Assembly: GCA_946641515.1 (NCBI GenBank)
Contig: CAMPBT010000003.1
Coordinates: forward strand, 140,120-204,119
Reading direction: 5' to 3'
Origin: an uncultured Bacillales bacterium
GTDB lineage: Bacteria > Bacillota_I > Bacilli_A > RFN20 > CAG-449
DNA length: 64,000 nucleotides
A program made the position numbers and the translations under genes. A model generated the notes under the pieces. It did no database searches, was not told the DNA's origin, and saw only the letters and a program-made list of their open reading frames with translations. Shown here in pieces: positions 38,917 through 48,291 of the stretch; positions within the stretch are counted from its first letter, which is position 1; every line of letters begins with the position of its first letter.

Positions 38917-39045
38917 ATGATATAGATTAGTAATTATTAGAAGTAGACGATTTAATAATTACCAGCCAAATCTAAATCAAAAAAACATAAATGTATGCTC
39001 CCCTAAACAAGAAAAAGATGTAGCCAGCCACTACATCTTTTCTAA
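38892..39045 (+). ncRNA. Candidate HrcA-controlled small RNA (~150 nt)
   Basis: Promoter, 10-bp perfect stem GTAATTATTA/TAATAATTAC, CTCCCCT motif and terminator hairpin AAAGATGTAG/CTACATCTTT; no RBS-led ORF. Confidence 0.45.
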
Positions 39046-39759
39046 TTATATAACTCTAACAATAACGTCTCTATGTAAGCGTTTATATAAATATGCACTT
39101 AATGCTGCTCCACCAAGTGGACCAACAAAGAAAACAAAGACTTGGGATAAAGCTTCAAGATCATGATTAAATATTGCAGTACCTAAGCTAGTAGCAAGAG
39201 ATCTAGCAGGATTAAGAGAACATCCTGTTAAATTAATACCAACTAATACTAAAAAGAAAATTGTTGCACCTACGATTAATGAAGAATAATTCTTTAATCG
39301 AGTTTTAGTATTACCAATACTTAATACAATATATATAAATAAGAATGTTAAGAAGAATTCTACAAGTAATGATTCGACAACTGTTTCAGTAGTTAAACCT
39401 GCTTTATGATTAATTACATATGTACAAGCATCCCCTGCTAAATCAAAATTAAAGAATTTAGCAAGACCAAATATTGCTAGTGCACCAGTAAATGTACCAA
39501 GAATCTGGCAGCCAACATAAGCACTGAAAGCTTTAAGAGACATTTTTTCATTAATTAATGATGCTAAAGATACTGCTGGATTAAGATGTGCTCCAGATAT
39601 TTTGCCAAAAAGATAAGATAGACCCGCAACTACTAAACCAAATACTAATGAGATACCAATAACGTTGTTACCTCCATCAATACATGCGTATCCACAAGCA
39701 ATAAAGACTAATATAAATGAGCCGAAATATTCAGCAATCGATTTTTTAAATAATTCCAT
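39046..39759 (-). CDS. MIP family channel (aquaporin)
   Basis: Two NPA motifs: SGAHLNPAVS and SLNPARS. Confidence 0.95.
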   Translation of the reverse strand: MELFKKSIAEYFGSFILVFIACGYACIDGGNNVIGISLVFGLVVAGLSYLFGKISGAHLNPAVSLASLINEKMSLKAFSAYVGCQILGTFTGALAIFGLAKFFNFDLAGDACTYVINHKAGLTTETVVESLLVEFFLTFLFIYIVLSIGNTKTRLKNYSSLIVGATIFFLVLVGINLTGCSLNPARSLATSLGTAIFNHDLEALSQVFVFFVGPLGGAALSAYLYKRLHRDVIVRVI

Positions 39760-39931
39760 AATACGTACTCTCCTAAATGCGTACCTCGAAATACTATCAC
39801 TATATAAAATAATAAATTATAAAAAAACGCTTACAGATATAATAACTAATTAAAAATGATATTAATAATAAAATAACTATCAAAAAAGGAGACTAGATTT
39901 CTCTAATCTCCCAAGGGGGAAGTAAATAATA

Positions 39932-42900
39932 TTATTTTTCTTCGACTACTTCATGGAACTTCTGGAGTTTATTCCATCTATCCTGAGCGTATTTTTCACA
40001 CTTTGTAAGTAATTCTTCACAATGTTCTGGGTTTACCTTTGGTAATTGTGAATAACGTGTTTCACAAAGTAAGAAGTCTCTAAACTTGCTCCAATCTGGT
40101 GTTGGGCAATCGATTGTTAAAGGATCTTTGCCTTCAGCTTTGAGTCTTGGATCGTATCTGAAGATTGGGAAGTAACCACATTCAACAGCTTTCTTTTCTG
40201 TTAATTGAGCATTTGCCATACCGCCTTTAATACCATGGTTAACACATGGAGCGTAACAAATGATTAATGAAGGTCCGTTGTATGATTCAGCTTCTTTTAA
40301 TGCTTTAATTGCCTGGAGTTTATTTCCACCCATTGCAACTTGAGCAACATAGACATGGCCATAAGTCATAGCGATTAATGCTAAGAACTTCTTAGCAGTC
40401 TTCTTACCTGAAGCTGTGAACTTAGCAATAGAACCAGTTTGTGATGACTTAGATGATTGTCCACCTGTATTTGAGTAAACTTCAGTATCGAGAACTAAGA
40501 TATTAACATCTTCTTCGTTTGCAATAACGTGATCAAGTCCGCCATAACCAATATCGTATGACCAACCATCACCACCGATAATCCAAACTGATTTATCGAG
40601 TAAATCGCCTTTTAATTTTAAGACTTCTTTTACGCCTTCACATGCTGATTTTTCAACAAGTTCGATTAATTTATCCTTAATTTCTCTTACGTGTTCTCTA
40701 TTCTTGATATTTGCTTCGTAATCTTCAATTAATGATTTGAGTTCTGGTTCAACAGCATCTTTGTTTTCATCAAAGATTCTGCAGATTTCTGCTAACTTAT
40801 AGTTAGTAGCAATTCTCATACCATAACCGAATTCAGCGTTATCTTCAAATAATGAGTTAGCCCAAGCAACACCTTCACCGTTCTTATCTGTACAGAATGG
40901 AGATAATGGAGTTGATGAGTTATAAATTGAAGAACAACCAGTAGTATTTGCAATTAACATATCTTTACCAAATAACTGAGTTGCAAGTCTATAATATGGA
41001 GTTTCTCCACATCCAGCACAAGCACCAGATACTTCTTGGTAAGGCATTAAGAATGCTGCACCCTTAACTGATGTTACTGGAGCACCACCTGTCTTGTATT
41101 CAATATTCTTGTATAAATAATCTGCACCTTCTTCATTGAAGAATTGTGATTTAGCTTCTTCCATAACAAGAGCTTTTTGTTTAACGATTGTTCCATCAGC
41201 TTGTTTAACTGGCTTACCTGGACATTCAGTAACACAAAGACCACATCCAACACAGTTTCTTGGAGAAACTTGAATTCTGAATTTTAAGCCTTTAGCTTGT
41301 GGTCCGCCCATTGCGTCAAGGACATCATCCTTAGCGTATTCTGGCATCTTAGCCATTTCTGCTTCATTGATTAAGAATGGTCTAATTGTAGCGTGAGGAC
41401 ATACGAATGCACACTGGTTACACTGGATACAGTTTTCCTTGTGCCATACTGGAACTCTATCAGCAATAGAACGTTTTTCTTGGAAAGCAACGTTATTTCT
41501 CATAGAACCATCAAGTAAATTGTCTTTTGTAAATCTTGATACTGGTAAATCGTAACCATCTAACATATTGATTGGATTAACGAATGTATCGAAGTATTCA
41601 TCACCTGTAGATTTATGTAATGATTTAACTTCAAGATTTGCCCATTCTGCTTTAACTGGGATTTCAACTAAACCTGCTGCACCCTGGTCGATAGCATCGT
41701 AGTTCATCTTAACGACATCATCACCCTTCTTAGCATAAGACTTCTTAGCGAATTTCTTCATCCATTCTTGAGCATCTGCAAATGGCATAATGTTCTGGTT
41801 GAGATAGAAGAATGATGCTTGTAAAACAGTATTTGTTCTTCTGCCTAGACCAATCTTACCGGCGATAGCGTTAGCATCGATAATGTAGAACTTAGCATGT
41901 TTTTCTGCTAATTGTTTCTTCATTAAATTTGGAAGTCTTGCTTCAATTTCATCTGCAGGAATATCTGTATTAAGTAAGAATGTACCTCCATCCTTTAAGC
42001 ACTTAATCATGTTGAACTTAAAGACATATGAATCAAGTGAGCATGATAAGAAGTCAGCTTCTTCAATATAATATGTTGAGTGAATTGGTTCTTTACCAAA
42101 TCTTAAGTGAGATCTAGTAACACCACCTGATTTACGTGAGTCATATGCGAAATATGCTTGAGCATATTGACCAGTAGCATCACCAATAATCTTAATAGAA
42201 GATTTATTTGCGGAAACTGTACCATCTGAGCCTAAACCATAGAATAAGCATGAAACGTAGTTTCCTTTTACTGAGAACTTTTCATCAACTGGGATTGATA
42301 AATGAGTAACATCATCATTAATACCAACTGTGAATGAGTTCCATGGATTGTTATTTAAGAAATCATAAACTGATTTTAAGTGTTTTGGCTGAGTATCTTT
42401 TGATGATAAACCATAACGTCCACCAACAAGAACATCAACTTTTCTACCTTCTTGTTCAAGAGCAGCAACTACATCTAAATAAAGAGGTTCACCTGCTGCA
42501 CCCATTTCTTTAGTTCTATCTAAAACTGCAATCTTCTTAACTGAAGCAGGAATTACTGAAACTAAATGTTTTGCAGAGAATGGTCTATATAAATGTACTT
42601 TAACAATACCAACTTTTTCTCCTCTTTCATTTAATGTATCAACAACTTCTCTTAATGCTTCTGTTACTGAGCCCATTGCAATGATAACTCTATCAGCATC
42701 TTTAGCACCATAGTAAACGAATGGAGCATATTCTCTACCTGTTAATCTTGTTGCTTCTTTGAAATATTCTTCAGCAACTTCAACAACGTGAGCATAATGT
42801 AAGTTCTGAGCTTCTCTACCTTGGAAGTAGATATCATCGTTTTCTGCTCCACCTCTTGTTACAGGATGAGTATGTGGGTTTAATGCATTGTCTTTGAATG

Positions 42901-43513
42901 CTTTTAATTGTTTCTGATCAACTAATTTTGACCATTCAGCTGAGTCAACAAATTCAACGTTCTGAATTTCGTGTGAAGTTCTGAAACCATCGAAGAAGTG
43001 AATTACTGGAGTATGTGATTTAATAGCGACTAAGTGAGCTACGTTTGCAAGGTCTGCACATTCTTGGACTGAGTGAGAAACAATCATTGTAGCGCCTGTT
43101 TGTCTAACTGCCATAACATCTTGGTGATCACCGAAAATTGATAATGATCTAGTAGCAAGAGCACGAGCAGATACGTGTAAGACTGCTGGTAAGCATTCAC
43201 CGACCCATTTATAAATGTTTGGAATCATTAATAATAAGCCTTGTGAAGCTGTGTATGTTGAAGCAAGAGCACCTGCTTGTAAAGCACCGTGAACGGTACC
43301 TGATGCACCAGCTTCTGACTGCATTTCAACAACTTTAACAGTTGAGCCAAACATATTAAGTTTGCCTTGAGCAGCATACTGTTCTACTAATTCTGCCATA
43401 GTAGATGATGGTGTGATTGGATAAATAGATGCAACTTCTGTAAAATTATAAGAAGCTAAAGCTGTTGCAGTATTTCCATCAACAGATAAGAAAGATTTCT
43501 TAATTTCTTCCAT
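39932..43513 (-). CDS. nifJ: Pyruvate:ferredoxin (flavodoxin) oxidoreductase
   Basis: YPITPSS, CIQCNQCAFVCP, CVGCGLCVTECP, GACAGCGE, GGDGWSYDIG. Confidence 0.98.
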   Translation of the reverse strand: MEEIKKSFLSVDGNTATALASYNFTEVASIYPITPSSTMAELVEQYAAQGKLNMFGSTVKVVEMQSEAGASGTVHGALQAGALASTYTASQGLLLMIPNIYKWVGECLPAVLHVSARALATRSLSIFGDHQDVMAVRQTGATMIVSHSVQECADLANVAHLVAIKSHTPVIHFFDGFRTSHEIQNVEFVDSAEWSKLVDQKQLKAFKDNALNPHTHPVTRGGAENDDIYFQGREAQNLHYAHVVEVAEEYFKEATRLTGREYAPFVYYGAKDADRVIIAMGSVTEALREVVDTLNERGEKVGIVKVHLYRPFSAKHLVSVIPASVKKIAVLDRTKEMGAAGEPLYLDVVAALEQEGRKVDVLVGGRYGLSSKDTQPKHLKSVYDFLNNNPWNSFTVGINDDVTHLSIPVDEKFSVKGNYVSCLFYGLGSDGTVSANKSSIKIIGDATGQYAQAYFAYDSRKSGGVTRSHLRFGKEPIHSTYYIEEADFLSCSLDSYVFKFNMIKCLKDGGTFLLNTDIPADEIEARLPNLMKKQLAEKHAKFYIIDANAIAGKIGLGRRTNTVLQASFFYLNQNIMPFADAQEWMKKFAKKSYAKKGDDVVKMNYDAIDQGAAGLVEIPVKAEWANLEVKSLHKSTGDEYFDTFVNPINMLDGYDLPVSRFTKDNLLDGSMRNNVAFQEKRSIADRVPVWHKENCIQCNQCAFVCPHATIRPFLINEAEMAKMPEYAKDDVLDAMGGPQAKGLKFRIQVSPRNCVGCGLCVTECPGKPVKQADGTIVKQKALVMEEAKSQFFNEEGADYLYKNIEYKTGGAPVTSVKGAAFLMPYQEVSGACAGCGETPYYRLATQLFGKDMLIANTTGCSSIYNSSTPLSPFCTDKNGEGVAWANSLFEDNAEFGYGMRIATNYKLAEICRIFDENKDAVEPELKSLIEDYEANIKNREHVREIKDKLIELVEKSACEGVKEVLKLKGDLLDKSVWIIGGDGWSYDIGYGGLDHVIANEEDVNILVLDTEVYSNTGGQSSKSSQTGSIAKFTASGKKTAKKFLALIAMTYGHVYVAQVAMGGNKLQAIKALKEAESYNGPSLIICYAPCVNHGIKGGMANAQLTEKKAVECGYFPIFRYDPRLKAEGKDPLTIDCPTPDWSKFRDFLLCETRYSQLPKVNPEHCEELLTKCEKYAQDRWNKLQKFHEVVEEK

Positions 43514-43705
43514 ATTAAAGTTTTCCTCCTAAAAACACGATTTAAGTATATACTCTTTTAGAGTAAAAGTAAAATGTAACCCCTTGCAAAATGGTGCAAA
43601 GATACATCAACTTTGCTTATGATAAAACCTATAAATACGCAAAAAGGAGAGGTTTTGTTCTCTCCTTAATCCATAATGATATAAATTTATGCTTTTAAAT
43701 TATTT

Positions 43706-44590
43706 TTATAGTTTAATGCTTTTAATATACTTAGCAACTTCATCATGTAAATCTTCTCTATCAAGAGCAAAATCAATAGTTGCTTTAACAAAGCCAAATT
43801 TATCACCGACATCGTAACGAGTACCTTCAAAGTCATATGCATAAACTTTTTGAGAATTCATTAATGTCTTAATAGCGTCAGTTAATTGGATTTCTCCACC
43901 TTTTCCAGGTGCTTGATGATCAAGAATATCGAAGATTTCAGGTGTTAAGATATATCTACCTAAAACTGCAAAATTAGAAGGTGCTTCTTCTTTCTTTGGT
44001 TTTTCAACGAAATCAGAAATAACAACTGTTCTTGAATCAAGTTTTGCTAATGGTTTAACAATACCATATTTGCTGACATCATCATCACTGACAGTTTGAA
44101 CTCCAAGAACTGATGCTTGGTAAGTATCAAATACATCAATTAATTGTTTTAAAGCTGGTTTACCATCTTTCTTTCTATTAACGACAACATCATCACCAAG
44201 TAAAATTGCAAATGGTTCGTCTCCCACGAATTCTTTACCTAATGAAATAGCATGACCAAGTCCTTTAGGATTATCCTGAGGAATATAAGTAATCTTTGCC
44301 ATTTCACCAATTTGTTTAACTAATTCAAATTCCTTAGTTTTCTTTGTTTCAAGTAATTTATTTTCAAGTCTAGCATCTCTACTAAAATGAGTTTTAATTA
44401 CTCCTTTATATTGATTATCAATAATTAAAATTTCTTCAATTCCTGAATCAATAGCTTCCTGAATAATATATTGAACTGTTGGAATATCAACAATTGGTAA
44501 CATTTCTTTTGGCATAGCTTTAGTAGCAGGAAGGAATCTAGTACCTAAACCCGCAGCAGGAATGATAGCTTTTCTAACTTTCTTTATCAT
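43706..44590 (-). CDS. galU: UTP--glucose-1-phosphate uridylyltransferase (start ATG 44590)
   Basis: KAIIPAAGLGTRFLPATK, GLGHA, LLGDD, VEKP, GEIQLTD. Confidence 0.96.
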   Translation of the reverse strand: MIKKVRKAIIPAAGLGTRFLPATKAMPKEMLPIVDIPTVQYIIQEAIDSGIEEILIIDNQYKGVIKTHFSRDARLENKLLETKKTKEFELVKQIGEMAKITYIPQDNPKGLGHAISLGKEFVGDEPFAILLGDDVVVNRKKDGKPALKQLIDVFDTYQASVLGVQTVSDDDVSKYGIVKPLAKLDSRTVVISDFVEKPKKEEAPSNFAVLGRYILTPEIFDILDHQAPGKGGEIQLTDAIKTLMNSQKVYAYDFEGTRYDVGDKFGFVKATIDFALDREDLHDEVAKYIKSIKL

Positions 44591-44839
44591 AATTATCTCC
44601 TTTGTAAGCGCGATATTAGTATTATATGATAAGAACAATTTTTTTGCTAGATACAAAATTTTTTCTCTCATTTAAGAAATATAATAAAAACATAGGAATA
44701 TAGGTATTTAATAAGGATTTTTAAAACAAAAATTAATCTTCAAGAAAGCCCTTACAATTAATTTTAATGATTATCTTTAAAAATATTGAAATTTTTAATT
44801 GATATATAATATCATTAATTTATCTAAGGGGGTACCTTT

Positions 44840-45112
44840 ATGAAAGAATTACATTGTAAAGTAAATAATGGAACTGGTGTAACATCAAGAATTTCCGCAG
44901 AACTCGTTGCAGAAGCAAACCGTGCAGAAGGATGCGATATTACATTAGTACTTGGCGACAACACTGCAGATTTAAAATCAATTATGAATATGATGAGTTT
45001 AGTCATTAGAGATGGCCAAGAATTCTTAGTTCGTATTGAAGGCAGTGATGAAGATGAAGTCTATGAATCATTCGCTTCCCTACTTCAAGATTTAAGATTA
45101 TTAAATCAGTAA
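44840..45112 (+). CDS. HPr-family protein lacking His15 (Crh-like)
   Basis: GVTSRIS where HPr has GIHARPA; ADLKSIMNMMSL keeps Ser46; IEGSDE at the C-terminus. Confidence 0.85.
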   Translation: MKELHCKVNNGTGVTSRISAELVAEANRAEGCDITLVLGDNTADLKSIMNMMSLVIRDGQEFLVRIEGSDEDEVYESFASLLQDLRLLNQ

Positions 45113-45133
45113 TTTATAAACTTTAGGCACTCA

Positions 45134-45247
45134 TTAAATGAGTGTCTTTTTTATTACAAGACAGACAGTATCGTTATTAGTGTTTAAATATACATCAAGT
45201 GCTATCTCACCATTAACATATTTAATGACTTCATAATTATCTTTCAT
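45134..45247 (-). pseudogene. N-terminal remnant resembling RhuM/virulence-protein family
   Basis: MKDNYEVIKYVNGEIALDVYLNTNNDTVCLVIKKTLI*: resembles the IY....G.I.LDV......TVWL start of RhuM proteins and ends inside the convergent terminator. Confidence 0.45.
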
Positions 45248-45388
45248 ATATACATCTGTATACGTCAAAATTTAACACGTATAATAAAAAAAGAAAAAGA
45301 TAATCTAATGTTATAGTTTCAAATTACTATAATTAAATTGATTATCTTTTTTGTTAATCCGCCAATTTCCGTCAGAGAGATTTCAACT

Positions 45389-45590
45389 CTATCTTATTTT
45401 TTTCAATATATTTTCAGAATATGGTAATAAATTTTCAATTGGTTCCTTATTAATATTTTCAAATACATAATTTAAATATTTCTCTACATTTATATTATTT
45501 ATAACTGCTGTTTGAATAATAGAGAAAAGCTTAGTAGTAATAGCTGCTCCTGCATATGAACCTGAGGTTTGAAACACCTTTCTTTTATAT
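45389..45590 (-). mobile_element. IS66-family transposase C-terminal remnant
   Basis: KRKVFQTSGSYAGA...FSIIQTAVINNINVEKYLNYVFE...LLPY resembles the IS66 C-terminal domain; the rest of the element is absent. Confidence 0.7.
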
Positions 45591-45658
45591 ATAAATAATA
45601 ATTTAAAACTATTTAAAGTTTAAAAAAAGCAACTTTTCAGTTGCTTAATAATCATAGA

Positions 45659-45734
45659 TGGTGGACCCTTGGAGAATCGAACTCCAGACCCACTGATTAA
45701 GAGTCAGTTGCTCTACCAGCTGAGCTAAGGGTCC
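45659..45734 (-). tRNA. tRNA-Lys (anticodon CTT)
   Basis: 76 nt: GGACCCT acceptor stem, ACTGA-CTCTTAA-TCAGT anticodon arm, TTCGATT T-loop, encoded CCA. Confidence 0.97.
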
Positions 45735-45784
45735 ATTGCTCAATTATAATAAAATATTAAATGAGCAATTGCAACTATAATCTT

Positions 45785-46414
45785 CTATTTTTTTAAAATT
45801 GATTTAACTTTTTCAATTAATAAGTCTGTCGCGACGCTGTGAGAGAAATCGTTAGGGATAATTAAGTCGGCATATCTCTTAGTAGGAGAAACAAATGAAT
45901 GATACATTGGTTTAACTGTTGCTAAGTATTGTTCAATGATTCCTTCAAAATCTCTGCCTCTTTCGACCATATCTCTTCTAATACGTCTGATCAATCTTAA
46001 ATCTTCATCGCATTCAACAAAGACCTTAATATCGGCAAGTTTTCTAATTCTAGCATCTTCAAGTGCTAAAATACCATCTAAGATAATAACTTGAGCAGGT
46101 TCTACTCTAGTTGTCTCTCTTCTTCTATTATGAGTTACATAATCATATGAAGGTTTATCAATAGCCTCCCAATTACGTAAAGCTTTTAAATGTTTATATA
46201 ATAAATCATTTTCTAAAGATGCAGGATGATCATAGTTAGTCTTTTTTCTTTCTTCTAAAGATAAATTAGACTGATCTTTATAATAATCATCATGCTTTAA
46301 AATAACTACTTCATTTGGTCCAAATGATGAAGCAATTTCTTCAACAACTGTAGTCTTACCAGAAGCAGATCCACCTGCTACCGCAATAAAAATAGGTCTT
46401 TCTTTGTTTGCCAT
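45785..46414 (-). CDS. udk: Uridine kinase (start ATG 46414)
   Basis: AGGSASGKTT, DDYYKD, NYDHP, IILDGIL, RRIRRDMVERGR. Confidence 0.95.
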   Translation of the reverse strand: MANKERPIFIAVAGGSASGKTTVVEEIASSFGPNEVVILKHDDYYKDQSNLSLEERKKTNYDHPASLENDLLYKHLKALRNWEAIDKPSYDYVTHNRRRETTRVEPAQVIILDGILALEDARIRKLADIKVFVECDEDLRLIRRIRRDMVERGRDFEGIIEQYLATVKPMYHSFVSPTKRYADLIIPNDFSHSVATDLLIEKVKSILKK

Positions 46415-46427
46415 AATATTCTCCTTA

Positions 46428-47342
46428 TTAATCGTCTGCAACTCCGTCTTTAAAAGCAGGAGCATTTTCTTTTTCTCTAGCAGTTTCTAATTCTTCTTTA
46501 GTTGAATATAGAACCTTATTCTTATCATCAATAACTCTAGACACTGCGAAGAAATCATGTAAAGCTTGATTCTTCTTGTTATAAACTGCCATTGTAATAG
46601 AAATAAATAGAGGTATTAATAAAGTAAATATAGATAAAGCAAGTTCAATAATAATGAATGATGATTGTCTTAAAGCAATTCTCTTCTTATTTAATCTAAT
46701 ATCATCTCTAGCATCAACTAAAGAAATATTAAGCGCTAATTTACCAATAGTTTTACCATTTTTTAAAACGAAAACTGGGAAAACAAAATATGTAATAAAT
46801 ACACTAACAAATAAAGATATACCAAATTCAGTGTATGTATAGAAAGCCACACGTCGAGCAATAGTATTTATAGTAGTATCTTCATTAATGTGCATAATAC
46901 CTTTTTCATAATAAGTAGTATAGAATTCAGTATATTTAGCGTTAGAAACATCAGCTTTCTTTTCATATTTGCCATCAGTTTCAGTAAATAAGCCTGATTC
47001 TTTCTTAGCAAGAGTATAATCCTCTCCTAACTGAGTTTCATTCTTTATAGTAGGTAAATATGTATAATAATAGAATTCTAATGCATCTTCATATTCACTT
47101 TCGTTTAAAGTTCTATATCCTGTATCAGAAATAGCATATAAACGAGTTTCAAGTAATGCTACTCTATATTCTTGAACATCAGAAGTATAAGAAGTAGCAT
47201 TCTTTAAAATAGGATCTCCTACTGCAAAATAACAAAGAACCATAAGTGCAATTACTATAATTACATCAATTAACGCTGCACTTAAACGCTTAAAAATAGA
47301 AGGAGTTGAATAACTAGTTGATAAATTATTATTAATCTGCAT
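46428..47342 (-). CDS. RDD family membrane protein
   Basis: KRLSAALID, GKTIGK, ALHDFFAVSRV; large loop between TM1 and TM2. Confidence 0.85.
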   Translation of the reverse strand: MQINNNLSTSYSTPSIFKRLSAALIDVIIVIALMVLCYFAVGDPILKNATSYTSDVQEYRVALLETRLYAISDTGYRTLNESEYEDALEFYYYTYLPTIKNETQLGEDYTLAKKESGLFTETDGKYEKKADVSNAKYTEFYTTYYEKGIMHINEDTTINTIARRVAFYTYTEFGISLFVSVFITYFVFPVFVLKNGKTIGKLALNISLVDARDDIRLNKKRIALRQSSFIIIELALSIFTLLIPLFISITMAVYNKKNQALHDFFAVSRVIDDKNKVLYSTKEELETAREKENAPAFKDGVADD

Positions 47343-48216
47343 TTTTGTTCTCCTTTTTGCCCTTTTTCTGACCTATATTTCTTAATGATTCAAGTTTAAA
47401 TCCATTCTTACCATTACCTTCTTCATCAACGATATATATTACTTGAGAATCCACAACCATATCGTGAATAGTTTTACTATCTTTAGTCGCCATCATTAAT
47501 ACAACCGAAACAATATTTGGAATAAAGAAAATAACGTATCCTAACGTAAGAATTAAGAAACGTAAGGCAAATTTACCTTCGCTAATCATTTCCTTCTTAC
47601 GTGGCATATAAACGCTTAATCCCATTACTTTATAACCAAGTGTTTGACCTTGTTTAAAAATTAATGGTAGAACATAGAATAACAATAAATAAGGAACTAC
47701 TATTGATGCACCTGCTACTGCAATAGTATAAGAATTATATTCAAATCTAACTTGTGCAAAAGTAGGATCAACTAATAAAACATTATAATAAGCATTTTTA
47801 ATCTCAGTAGTTAAAAATGAATTATATGTAGAAGGATTATAATCATCTAATAATTGATATTTACCATCACTATCTTTATAGAATAATTCACCAATATAAG
47901 CATCTTTAGCCTTATAATATGTATCAGCATTACCTTGATATTTTATATAAAACTTTTCAATAGCCTCATCCCTATCATCGCCATAAACAAAGTCAACTGA
48001 AGTTTTATCTAAGTCAGTGTAATTATACAAATTGCTTTCTACACAAATAGTATTGTATTGATTTTTAAGATTTAAATAAGAGTCTGATAATAAAACTGTG
48101 TAATTAAAAAAGATATTCATCAATAAAAAGAATAATCCAAAGAAGATAAAATCAATAATATATGCAATAACTCTTCTAGCTAAGATTGATTTTCCAGTTC
48201 TAAATTGCTCAGTCAT
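47332..48216 (-). CDS. RDD family membrane protein
   Basis: RRVIAYIID, GQTLGYK, TIHDMVVDSQV; similar inserted loop. Confidence 0.85.
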   Translation of the reverse strand: MTEQFRTGKSILARRVIAYIIDFIFFGLFFLLMNIFFNYTVLLSDSYLNLKNQYNTICVESNLYNYTDLDKTSVDFVYGDDRDEAIEKFYIKYQGNADTYYKAKDAYIGELFYKDSDGKYQLLDDYNPSTYNSFLTTEIKNAYYNVLLVDPTFAQVRFEYNSYTIAVAGASIVVPYLLLFYVLPLIFKQGQTLGYKVMGLSVYMPRKKEMISEGKFALRFLILTLGYVIFFIPNIVSVVLMMATKDSKTIHDMVVDSQVIYIVDEEGNGKNGFKLESLRNIGQKKGKKENKNAD

Positions 48217-48249
48217 AAAACTCCTTTATATTGCAATATATTATCACAT

Positions 48250-48276
48250 AAAAAAAGAACCTTTTGCAAGGTTCTT
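48250..48276 (-). terminator. Terminator of the ABC/nuclease operon
   Basis: AAGAACCTT-GCAA-AAGGTTCTT followed by a T run. Confidence 0.85.
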
Positions 48277-48291
48277 ATATGGATAATAATC

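Noticed and set aside
45350-45390. IS66 terminal inverted repeat after the transposase remnant
   Set aside because: GGCGGATTAAC only loosely resembles the expected ...GCTTAC end, and no partner repeat or target duplication is visible
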